A stretch of 32,000 nt of DNA from Alphaproteobacteria bacterium (GCA_021774615.1 JAJFIW010000030.1:39148-71147); one strand, 5' to 3'; shown: positions 1-7,680, counted from the stretch's first letter. The notes: a model not told the origin generated them from the letters alone. Numbers and translations: made by a program.

Positions 1-78
1 ATTTTTATCCTGTAGAGGGTAAACAATGTAGTCCATGCGTTGCCAGACTTTGTTTAGTAAAGTGAATATAATTTTCAT
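1..78 (-). CDS. hypothetical protein, N-terminal fragment (continues past the left edge)
   Basis: ATG at 78-76 lies 6 nt downstream of GGAG (revcomp of ctcc at 85-88). The frame stays open to position 1 (MKIIFTLLNKVWQRMDYIVYPLQDKN...). It is too short to assign a family. Confidence 0.3.
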   Translation of the reverse strand, partial: MKIIFTLLNKVWQRMDYIVYPLQDKN

Positions 79-259
79 AGAATTCTCCTGAAAAGGATAG
101 TGAAAAGAAGAAAAGATAAATCTAGTTGTTTGTTCGGTATAATATTAAAAATGTATACATTCAAGAGTAAAGTTACTAAACTGCTTGTAATTTTGTAAAA
201 ATGGTACTATTCGTAGCATACGTTTATAGTACTTTCTTTTCCTTTTCTTGGAGATAATC

Positions 260-607
260 ATGATTAAATGGTTTATTTTTTATGCTATCAGCAACACAGT
301 AATCTTTGCGGTATCGCTGCTGGTTGGTGTTGCTCTTGTAGCAATGACAGGCACTTTCTATTATTTATTATTATTAGCTTCTCCATTTGTGGCGGTTTTA
401 TACGCTTTGGCAATGGGGCGCTTTTTTGGTGTTGGGAGAGAGATTGGTATTTATGAAATATCAGTATTTCTTTCGGTATTACTACCTGTATTATTGGCAG
501 TTACAGGTAATATTGACCTAGCTGCTAATATTAATCCAATTTATGCCGTCACGGCGATAATGGTGCTAGTCACCTGGTTTGCCGCCGGCGAAAAAGCTTC
601 GCAGTAG
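260..607 (+). CDS. small polytopic (about 4-TM) membrane protein, tandem paralog 1
   Basis: The ORF track gives 248..607 from a TTG. ATG 260 is preferred because GGAG sits 6 nt upstream (TTGGAGATAATCATG). The sequence is highly hydrophobic and I recognise no family. It shares N- and C-terminal motifs with the next ORF. Confidence 0.6.
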   Translation: MIKWFIFYAISNTVIFAVSLLVGVALVAMTGTFYYLLLLASPFVAVLYALAMGRFFGVGREIGIYEISVFLSVLLPVLLAVTGNIDLAANINPIYAVTAIMVLVTWFAAGEKASQ

Positions 608-637
608 TCTTTTTACAACTTTTGAGTGAGGTTGATT

Positions 638-1006
638 ATGACCGCAATTCTTTTTATTATAAATGCAGTATTTATTGGCATATCGCTGTATGTTGGCTCG
701 TTTATAGCTGAGTCGTCTGGCATTTGGACTACCTTATTATTGTATTCTTTACCACTTATAGCAATAATTATTGCTAATTTTCTAGGGGCTGTATTTATCT
801 ATCATAACTATACGAATGCTTATGATAAGATGGTACTTTATTTTTATAAAGTATCTGTATTCATTGCAATAGTAGCGCCTGCCTCTTTAATTGCTACAGG
901 GTATATTATTAGTATTGATGACATAATACCTATCCTTACCATTATCCTTGTGGTGGCTATATTAACATGGATTGGTAGTTTCAATAAATTTAGAACATCA
1001 TGGTAG
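638..1006 (+). CDS. small polytopic (about 4-TM) membrane protein, tandem paralog 2
   Basis: The ORF track gives 626..1006 from a GTG. ATG 638 is preferred, with GAGG 6 nt upstream. The C-terminal motif TGYIISIDDIIPILTIILVVAILTWI parallels TGNIDLAANINPIYAVTAIMVLVTWF of paralog 1. Confidence 0.6.
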   Translation: MTAILFIINAVFIGISLYVGSFIAESSGIWTTLLLYSLPLIAIIIANFLGAVFIYHNYTNAYDKMVLYFYKVSVFIAIVAPASLIATGYIISIDDIIPILTIILVVAILTWIGSFNKFRTSW

Positions 1007-1030
1007 TAAATTGTATTTTGGAGAGTAATT

Positions 1031-1426
1031 ATGAATATAATATTTATTAATATGATTAAAACATTCTTATTATTTGCTGCGTTATCTGTGTTGGGTGTTG
1101 TCATTGTAAGTTTGGTGGTAGACATGGCTACATATGTAAACCCTATGCTGCCATTTACAGCCCTAGTTGGACTTTTTGGGCTATACTATTTTGCACAGAG
1201 CCGCCAAATGCATTTCCTAAAGATGTGTGCTCTACTTATTGGTATTTTATTGTTATTACCAATAGGAAGCGAACTTATTAAAATGGTAGGGCTTTTACCT
1301 ACAGAAGGAGATGCAAGTGAACGCTTGTCCGAATTAGCTACATTTTATGTAATGATGGTAGCTGCTGTGATGACACGTGAAATAGAGAGACGGTTCAGGT
1401 TGAATGGAAGAGTCTCTTGCACCTAA
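1031..1426 (+). CDS. small membrane protein, tandem paralog 3 (divergent C-terminus)
   Basis: ATG 1031 is preceded by TTGGAGAGTAATT, the same SD context as paralog 1. The N-terminus MIKTFLLFAALS..VSLVV resembles MIKWFIFYAIS..VSLLV of paralog 1. The C-terminal tail is charged. Confidence 0.55.
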   Translation: MNIIFINMIKTFLLFAALSVLGVVIVSLVVDMATYVNPMLPFTALVGLFGLYYFAQSRQMHFLKMCALLIGILLLLPIGSELIKMVGLLPTEGDASERLSELATFYVMMVAAVMTREIERRFRLNGRVSCT

Positions 1427-1450
1427 ATCGATTTTTTAACGAAACAAAAA

Positions 1451-1487
1451 ACACCCCCAGCATGGTTTGTACTGGGGGTGTTTTTTA
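1451..1487. terminator. bidirectional intrinsic terminator shared by paralog 3 (+) and ftsY (-)
   Basis: 10-bp GC-rich stem acacccccag (1451-1460) / ctgggggtgt (1472-1481). It has an A-run on the 5' side and a T-run on the 3' side, and sits between convergent stop codons (1426 and 1485). Confidence 0.85.
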
Positions 1488-2411
1488 TTCCAACAACGCT
1501 TTGGCAAAGTCGGCAGCGTCAAACGGGCGCAGGTCGGTTACTTTTTCTCCCACACCAATAAAGTGGATTGGTAAGCTAAAGCGGTCGGCTAGTGCTACGA
1601 CTACGCCACCTTTGGCGGTAGTGTCTAGCTTGGTGACAATTAGCCCTGTTACGCCAGCAATTTCTTTAAATGCTTCTACCTGTTGGTGGGCATTTTGCCC
1701 GACGGTGGCATCTAGCACTAAAAGAGAGGCATGGGGGGCAGTTTCATCTTGTTTTTTTAGCACACGCACCATTTTCTCGAGTTGTGCCATTAAGTCTTGG
1801 CGGTTTTGCAGGCGACCAGCAGTATCACAAATTAAAATATCTACATTCTCTTGTTTAGCGGTTTCGTAAGCCTTAAAAAGTAGTGAGGCTGGGTCTGCTC
1901 CTTCTTTTTCAGGCTTTACAATTGGTACGTCAACCCGCTTTGCCCAAATATTAAGTTGCTCAACTGCTGCTGCTCGGTAAGTGTCAGCCGCCGCTAGCAT
2001 TACTTTTTTACCATTTTCTTTAAATATTTGCGACAGTTTACCAATGGTAGTGGTTTTGCCCGAGCCATTAACCCCAACCATCATCAGTACGATTGGTTTT
2101 TTGTCAGTAGGGAGGTTTAACTCTTGTGCTACAGGGTTTAAGCGTGCTGCAATTCCTGTGCTAAGGTGTTTTTGCACTTCTTCGTAAGATATGTCTTGCT
2201 CGAACTTTTCTTTGCGTAGCGAGCTAATAAGGCTGTCGGCAAGTGGCGCACCAAGGTCAGCACGGATAAGGACTTCCTCAAGCTCGGCGCATGTTTTTTC
2301 ATCGAGTTTTTTATGAAGCAATGCTTTTTTAACATTGTCTTTTAAACTAGATGCCGTTTTCTCAAGCCCTTTAGTTAGCTTCTTTAAACCTAGTTTCTCG
2401 AAAAATCCCAT
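1485..2411 (-). CDS. ftsY: signal recognition particle receptor FtsY (short form, NG domain only)
   Basis: 308 aa with SRP-GTPase motifs GVNGSGKTTT, DTAGR and TKLD, plus a typical N-terminus MGFFEKLG..GLEKT. Confidence 0.95.
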   Translation of the reverse strand: MGFFEKLGLKKLTKGLEKTASSLKDNVKKALLHKKLDEKTCAELEEVLIRADLGAPLADSLISSLRKEKFEQDISYEEVQKHLSTGIAARLNPVAQELNLPTDKKPIVLMMVGVNGSGKTTTIGKLSQIFKENGKKVMLAAADTYRAAAVEQLNIWAKRVDVPIVKPEKEGADPASLLFKAYETAKQENVDILICDTAGRLQNRQDLMAQLEKMVRVLKKQDETAPHASLLVLDATVGQNAHQQVEAFKEIAGVTGLIVTKLDTTAKGGVVVALADRFSLPIHFIGVGEKVTDLRPFDAADFAKALLE

Positions 2412-2493
2412 GTTGCAACCTAGCTTTTGTTGTTATAAGTTATGATTATTAAATGTTATATAGAAATAAATCAACCTTTTGGAGCCTTAAACT

Positions 2494-3852
2494 ATGTTTG
2501 ACCAACTTTCAGGTAAGCTAAAAACCGTTTTTGATAATCTCTCTGGTCGTGGCCGCTTAAGCGAAAGTGACGTAGATGAAGCATTGCGCGGTGTGCGCTT
2601 AGCTTTGCTTGAGGCAGATGTAGCTTTACCAGTTATTAAACACTTTATGGAAGAAGTCCGCGAGCAAGCCGTGGGCGAGTCGGTTTTAAAAGCAGTTAAA
2701 CCAAGCGAGCAAATTATTAAAATTGTCCATGATGGTTTGGTTAATGTTCTGGGTACGGGCGAAGATCTTAACTTACGGATGCAGCCACCTGCGGTAATCT
2801 TAATGTCGGGCTTGCAAGGTTCTGGTAAAACGACTACTACCGCTAAGCTTGCTAAAAGGCTTAAAGAAAAAGACAACAAAAGAGTTATGTTGGCCTCACT
2901 AGATATTTACCGCCCCGCAGCACAAGAGCAATTAGCAGTTGTTGCAAAACGAGTTGGGGTCGATAGCCTAGCGATTATCGAAGGGCAAATCCCTACCGAT
3001 ATTACCAAGCGTGCAATTACCGAAGCCAAGAAAAATGGCTATGATGTTCTAATTCTCGATACTGCAGGTCGCCACGAAATAGACCAAACCATGATGGACG
3101 AGCTATTAGCAGTTAAAAAAATAGCAGCCCCTGCCGAAACTCTATTAGTTGCTGATGGTCTAACCGGGCAAGTAGCTGTAGATATTGCCACCGCATTTAA
3201 CGATAAAATTGGGGTTACAGGTATTATTCTAACCCGCATGGATGGCGATGGCCGTGGTGGTGCAGCCCTTAGCATGCGTGAGGTTACAGGCCAACCAATT
3301 AAATTTTTAGGTATGGGCGAGGGGTTAGATGCTCTTACCCCATTCGAGCCCGAGCGTTTGGCAGGACGCATCCTTGGTATGGGTGATGTTGTAGAGCTGG
3401 TTGAAAAAGCCCAACAAGTAGTTTCTGAAGAAGAAGCCGAAGCCATGCAAGAGAAGATGATGAGCGGTAAGTTCAACTTGCTTGACCTTAAAAAACAAAT
3501 CCAAGCAATGCAGAAAATGGGGTCATTATCGGACTTAATGGGGATGATGCCAGGTATGGGTGCGATGAAAGATAAAGTAGACCCATCAAAACTTGACGAC
3601 AAAATGCTAGTGCGACAAATAGCAGCGATAGACTCGATGACTAAGATAGAACGCTTAAACCCGCATATTCTAAATGCAAAACGCCGTAAAAGAATTGCAG
3701 CAGGAGCAGGGATTAGCGTAAACGATGTTAATAAACTTATAAAGTCGTTTGAGACTATGCAAACTGCCATGAAGAGAATTAAGAAAATGGGCGGGCTAGG
3801 TGCGCTTGCTAACATGATGGGTGGTGGCGGTAAAATGCCATTTATGAAGTAG
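2494..3852 (+). CDS. ffh: signal recognition particle protein Ffh
   Basis: 452 aa. The NG domain carries GLQGSGKTTT, DTAGR and TRMDGD. The M domain is Met-rich (MGMMPGMGAM...) with a C-terminal MMGGGGKMPF. Confidence 0.97.
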   Translation: MFDQLSGKLKTVFDNLSGRGRLSESDVDEALRGVRLALLEADVALPVIKHFMEEVREQAVGESVLKAVKPSEQIIKIVHDGLVNVLGTGEDLNLRMQPPAVILMSGLQGSGKTTTTAKLAKRLKEKDNKRVMLASLDIYRPAAQEQLAVVAKRVGVDSLAIIEGQIPTDITKRAITEAKKNGYDVLILDTAGRHEIDQTMMDELLAVKKIAAPAETLLVADGLTGQVAVDIATAFNDKIGVTGIILTRMDGDGRGGAALSMREVTGQPIKFLGMGEGLDALTPFEPERLAGRILGMGDVVELVEKAQQVVSEEEAEAMQEKMMSGKFNLLDLKKQIQAMQKMGSLSDLMGMMPGMGAMKDKVDPSKLDDKMLVRQIAAIDSMTKIERLNPHILNAKRRKRIAAGAGISVNDVNKLIKSFETMQTAMKRIKKMGGLGALANMMGGGGKMPFMK

Positions 3853-4041
3853 TTTGTTAATTTAATTTTAATTATACCCTTGATTTTATGTGTTAAACGC
3901 GCTACATATCCGGTAATACTTTTATAGAGAGTTGGTTTCAGGTGTGCGGCATACATCTGAAATTGTTAATAGTTTTGCGTGTAGTGTCCTCTCTTACACG
4001 TGTGTGAAGTTAATTATATTTATATTTAAAGAGGTTTTTAA

Positions 4042-4467
4042 ATGTCGACAGTTATTCGTTTAAGCCGAGGTGGCCGTAAGAAATTGCCATTTTACCATGT
4101 TGTTGCAGCTGATAAGCGCAAAGCACGTAATGGCCGTTTTATTGAAAAATTAGGTCACTTTGATCCACTAGCCGAGGGTAAAGGCAAATGGACAGTAAAC
4201 AACGAGCGTGTAAGCTACTGGTTAAGTGAAGGTGCACAACCTTCAGACCGTGTTATTACGTTCCTTATGGCTAATGATTTAGGCTCAGAGCGCCAACGCA
4301 CAGAATGGCAAACTGCTATTGATCGCCGTAAAGCGATATACAAAAAGCGTAAAGCTGACGCTGATGCTGTTAAAGCAGCCGAAGCTAAAGCTGCTGCCGC
4401 TGAAATGGCTGAATCTGAAGCACCAGCTGCTGAAGAAGCACCCGCTGCTGAAGCTACAGCTGAGTAG
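4042..4467 (+). CDS. rpsP: 30S ribosomal protein S16 with Ala/Glu-rich C-terminal extension
   Basis: The N-terminus MSTVIRLSRGGRKKLPFYHVVAADKRKARNGRFIEKLGHFDP is canonical S16. SD AAGAGG lies upstream. Confidence 0.95.
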   Translation: MSTVIRLSRGGRKKLPFYHVVAADKRKARNGRFIEKLGHFDPLAEGKGKWTVNNERVSYWLSEGAQPSDRVITFLMANDLGSERQRTEWQTAIDRRKAIYKKRKADADAVKAAEAKAAAAEMAESEAPAAEEAPAAEATAE

Positions 4468-4478
4468 TTCTACCCTAT

Positions 4479-5009
4479 ATGGTTGATAAAGCTTTACCTA
4501 CAAAAGAAGGCTTTGTCTGCGCTGGTATAATTGTTGGCGCCCATGGGATAAAAGGGGAAGTTAAACTACGTTTAACCCTCGAGAACGAAAAAATACTTAA
4601 GAAATATGGCGTACCAGTGGATATCACTGGTACGCCTTTTTCTATTGAGCAATGGCGCATGACTGATAAAGGCGTGCTAATTAAGTTTGCTAATATTACC
4701 GACCGCAATGGAGCAGAAAACATGCGAGGTGTTGCTTTGTTTATACCTAGCGATGCTCTGCCTCCCCCCGCAAAAGAGGAAATATATTACAGCGATTTAA
4801 AAGGTATGGCTGTAGTTGCTGATGATGGGAAAGATGTTGGTATTATTGCCGATGTATTCTCTAATGGTGCACAAGATATTATCGTTGTAATTAATAAAGG
4901 CAACGAAATGTTATTACCTTATACAAAAGATGTTGTTGCAGAGATAGACACCTCAACAAGGCAATTACTACTATTACCGTTTGCAGAACAGTTCTTAAAA
5001 ATTTCTTAG
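4479..5009 (+). CDS. rimM: 16S rRNA processing protein RimM
   Basis: 176 aa with the GxxGIKGEVKL motif and a PRC-barrel-like C-terminus. It sits directly after rpsP, as in the conserved rpsP-rimM-trmD-rplS operon. Confidence 0.85.
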   Translation: MVDKALPTKEGFVCAGIIVGAHGIKGEVKLRLTLENEKILKKYGVPVDITGTPFSIEQWRMTDKGVLIKFANITDRNGAENMRGVALFIPSDALPPPAKEEIYYSDLKGMAVVADDGKDVGIIADVFSNGAQDIIVVINKGNEMLLPYTKDVVAEIDTSTRQLLLLPFAEQFLKIS

Positions 5010-5082
5010 ATTTATTCTTTTCTTGACATGTGCAGCATAAAATACTCAAACTATATAACCTAAATTTATTAGTGCTAATTTC

Positions 5083-5111
5083 TATTTAGGGGGTTGTTGT
5101 TTTGGTACAAT
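5083..5111 (+). promoter_or_regulatory. possible extended -10 promoter for the 208-aa orphan
   Basis: TGgTACAAT at 5103-5111 fits the TGn extended -10 pattern, with a weak -35 tattta at 5083-5088. It lies ~65 nt upstream of GTG 5175. In AT-rich DNA a chance match is possible. Confidence 0.25.
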
Positions 5112-5174
5112 CTAACCATACTTAGTTTAGTAATAGACACTTTTTTTAACTGAATAATAAGAGGAGTATCACAA

Positions 5175-5801
5175 GTGTCAGGGCATATTTTTGCGCAAAG
5201 ATTGGCGAATATTTTCTTAACTAAAGATAATCCTGCGGATGTTGATGTGGAACAAGCAGGGTTGCCTGATAGTGCATCAAGGCATGTTGCCCATGCTTGT
5301 CAGTTCATGTTGGTACTGCGTAACGAGCTTGACCACAAAGAAGATGGTCCTGCATTGTTTATGAAATTAGCATTACAATCATACGAAATGCTAGAGGGTG
5401 AAGTACAAAAAGTATTTAAAACTCTGGAAAGCGGTAAGGCTGTATCTGTAGAGTTAGATAGCTTTATTTCTCTTCTTGATGGTTCTTTGGATATGGAAAG
5501 AGAGTGTGATTTTAGTAAATTACCTTATGAGCACCGCTTACTAGCTATTACTACAACAGCTAGATTTATTCTTAAATATGGTTTGCGCCACCTTAACAGC
5601 GATGAGCTCGCCGAAATGATTGAAGACCTTAACCAAAACATGCTAGCGATTGATATGGAAGGTCAGATGATGGCAGACATGACGCCACAATCGGATGATG
5701 AGTCGTCTATTCCATTAAAACAATACTTAAATCGTTTACATAACGTGGTGACATTAGGCTTAAAAGAAGAGCTTATTAACCTTAAGCAAGCTGGAATTTA
5801 G
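5175..5801 (+). CDS. hypothetical acidic, probably all-helical protein (orphan) inserted between rimM and trmD
   Basis: 208-aa ORF with a GTG start 8 nt after a strong SD AAGAGGAG (5159-5166). It has no TM segment and no motif I recognise. Confidence 0.6.
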   Translation: MSGHIFAQRLANIFLTKDNPADVDVEQAGLPDSASRHVAHACQFMLVLRNELDHKEDGPALFMKLALQSYEMLEGEVQKVFKTLESGKAVSVELDSFISLLDGSLDMERECDFSKLPYEHRLLAITTTARFILKYGLRHLNSDELAEMIEDLNQNMLAIDMEGQMMADMTPQSDDESSIPLKQYLNRLHNVVTLGLKEELINLKQAGI

Positions 5802-5836
5802 TAGTTATCAGTAAAAGGCAACCTTTCTTAGTCCAT

Positions 5837-6511
5837 GTGTTAACATTGTTTCCTGATTTATTTCCAGGGCCTTTGGCTACATCTATTACAGGGCGAGCCT
5901 TAAAAGAAGGCTCGTGGCAATTGTCAGCTACCGATATCCGCAACTTTGCTATCGATAAACATAATACAGTTGATGATACACCATACGGTGGGGGTGCTGG
6001 TATGGTTATGCGGGCTGATGTTGTAGCAGGGGCAATTGAAGCTGCTAAACAACAAATGCCACAAGCACCTGTAATATTTCTTACTCCATCGGGTGCACCG
6101 TTTAACCAGAAAACTGCAAACCGCCTTGCTAGCTCTACTGATGGGGTAATTTTGTTGTGTGGTCATTATGAGGGGATTGATCAACGAGTGATCGACACTT
6201 TAGTTGATGAGGAAATATCTTTGGGCGATTTTGTATTAACTGGTGGTGAGATTGCGGTTTACCCTGTGGTAGACGCTATTGTGCGTCAATTGAGTGGCGT
6301 TGTTGGTAATGACGAGACTTTAGCTGAAGAATCGTTCGCTGATAGTTTAGAAGGGCTTTTAGAGTACCCCCATTACACTCGCCCCGACGTATGGCGCGGC
6401 CTGGAGGTGCCAGCAGTATTAAAATCTGGGCATCATGGCAAAATAGCAGAGTGGCGTAAAGGCGAGGCTAAGCGAATTACAGCTTTAAAACGTCCCGATC
6501 TACTCAAATAA
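5837..6511 (+). CDS. trmD: tRNA (guanine37-N1)-methyltransferase TrmD
   Basis: Motifs LTLFPDLFPGPL, DDTPYGGGAGMVM, LLCGHYEGIDQRV, ISLGDFVLTGGE and YPHYTRP. GTG 5837 is the first canonical start, but the N-terminus looks clipped (see findings). Confidence 0.9.
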   Translation: MLTLFPDLFPGPLATSITGRALKEGSWQLSATDIRNFAIDKHNTVDDTPYGGGAGMVMRADVVAGAIEAAKQQMPQAPVIFLTPSGAPFNQKTANRLASSTDGVILLCGHYEGIDQRVIDTLVDEEISLGDFVLTGGEIAVYPVVDAIVRQLSGVVGNDETLAEESFADSLEGLLEYPHYTRPDVWRGLEVPAVLKSGHHGKIAEWRKGEAKRITALKRPDLLK

Positions 6512-6541
6512 AAAATGCCCCAGTTAAAGGGCATTTTTTTT
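6509..6541. terminator. bidirectional intrinsic terminator (trmD + / 139-aa membrane gene -)
   Basis: Stem aaaaaatgccc / gggcattttttt around the loop cagttaaa. It is flanked by A- and T-runs and lies between convergent stops (6511 and 6558). Confidence 0.8.
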
Positions 6542-6557
6542 ATCGCTTATATTGTTT

Positions 6558-6977
6558 TCAGCAGTGATCTGGTTTTCCGTAGATTTTATCAACTACTTTA
6601 AATGCTTTAGATAGTATAACCCCGTACATTGTTATTAATATAACAGTGGTCGCTATTACCGCTATGGGGAAATTTAGTGTTATGCCTATTGCTATAAGAT
6701 CCCCTGCTAGAAATAATACAGATGCTACAATGCTGGTTATTAATAGCAAAATCAGCATGTAGTTGTTAATTTTATTTAGCAGAAACATCAATAGAAAACA
6801 GATAAATACTAATCCTCCTAAGGATCTAGCAATACTGTGGAGTTGTAGAGTTGTATTAGTTTCTGGAGTCCACAGCACCATTCCTGCAATAACGCTGCAG
6901 ATGAATATGGCTGTAATTAATAATGCAGCTAATGGCCTTGCGTTGTTTTTAGATATTTTCATAATATTAACCATCAC
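6558..6977 (-). CDS. small polytopic (4-TM) membrane protein, antisense between trmD and rplS
   Basis: 139-aa ORF (GTG 6977). The more likely start is ATG 6962 (MKISKNNARP...), 11 nt after the SD AAGGTGA. The C-terminal segment LAGDLIAIGITLNFPIAVIATTVILITMYG loosely resembles the C-terminal motif of the 260-1006 paralogs. Confidence 0.55.
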   Translation of the reverse strand: MMVNIMKISKNNARPLAALLITAIFICSVIAGMVLWTPETNTTLQLHSIARSLGGLVFICFLLMFLLNKINNYMLILLLITSIVASVLFLAGDLIAIGITLNFPIAVIATTVILITMYGVILSKAFKVVDKIYGKPDHC

Positions 6978-7120
6978 CTTAACGGCGATAGGCTCTGTAA
7001 AAGTTAATGAAGGAATGTAATTATGCTTGATTTATAATAATTACCTTGTGTATTTACAAGGTTTTTATAGATAAATTGCACTAAACTTGAAAAAAAACGT
7101 AGTGATGCTTATTTAACACT

Positions 7121-7148
7121 TTGCAAAATGTCTTTTGTCGGTTATAAA
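7121..7148 (+). promoter_or_regulatory. possible sigma-70-type promoter for rplS
   Basis: TTGCAA (7121-7126), 16-nt spacer, TATAAA (7143-7148), ~80 nt upstream of rplS. rplS needs its own promoter because it is separated from trmD by an antisense gene. Confidence 0.3.
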
Positions 7149-7230
7149 CAGCGACACTGCCTATTATTAAGGTTTTCTTTAATGGGTAGATGGTATTTTA
7201 TAAATTTTGATAGCGGAATAGGTGAGAACG

Positions 7231-7680
7231 ATGAACATCATCGAACAACTGGACAAAGAACAGATTGAAAAATTAGCAAAAGATATCCCAGCATTTGGTG
7301 CTGGTGATACTTTGCGTATCCACGTAAAAGTTACAGAGGGAACTCGTGAGCGTATTCAGGTTTTTGAAGGTATTTGCATTGCTCGTAAAAATGCAGGCCT
7401 ACAATCATCTTTTACCGTGCGTAAAATTTCTTTTGGCGAAGGTGTGGAACGTATCTTCCCACTATACTCACCAACACTTAGCCGTATTGAGCTAGTGCGC
7501 CGTGGTGATGTACGCCGTGCGAAACTTTACTACTTACGTGGTCGTACTGGTAAATCAGCACGTATTTCTGAAAAGACTGATAAACGCACACCTGCAGGAA
7601 CTGTTGAGAAGCTACCTAAGAATACTGTTTCTACAGAAGCGGCAGCAGTTGCTGAAACCAAAAAGGTTGCTGAAGCATAG
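7231..7680 (+). CDS. rplS: 50S ribosomal protein L19 with C-terminal extension
   Basis: [11 protein letters not shown]... matches the canonical L19 N-terminus. ATG 7231 lies 5 nt after SD AGGTGA, so it is preferred over GTG 7222 in the ORF track. Confidence 0.95.
   Translation: MNIIEQLDKEQIEKLAKDIPAFGAGDTLRIHVKVTEGTRERIQVFEGICIARKNAGLQSSFTVRKISFGEGVERIFPLYSPTLSRIELVRRGDVRRAKLYYLRGRTGKSARISEKTDKRTPAGTVEKLPKNTVSTEAAAVAETKKVAEA

Noticed and set aside
1417-1869. 150-aa ORF antisense to ftsY; also 1670..1858, 1981..2187, 2138..2335 and 2487..2879
   Set aside because: These are shadow ORFs overlapping ftsY/ffh. They have no recognisable motifs, and the real genes account for the region.
3039-3956. 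305-aa ORF antisense to ffh
   Set aside because: It lies entirely within and opposite a confidently identified gene. Its composition is low-complexity (Ser/Ile/Pro/Ala-rich), as expected from reading a coding strand backwards. It has no RBS or motif.
5023-5051. Perfect TTGACA -35 hexamer after rimM
   Set aside because: There is no acceptable -10 at 16-19 nt. TCAAAC or CAAACT sit at 17-18 nt, and TAAAAT is only 9 nt away. It is probably a chance match.
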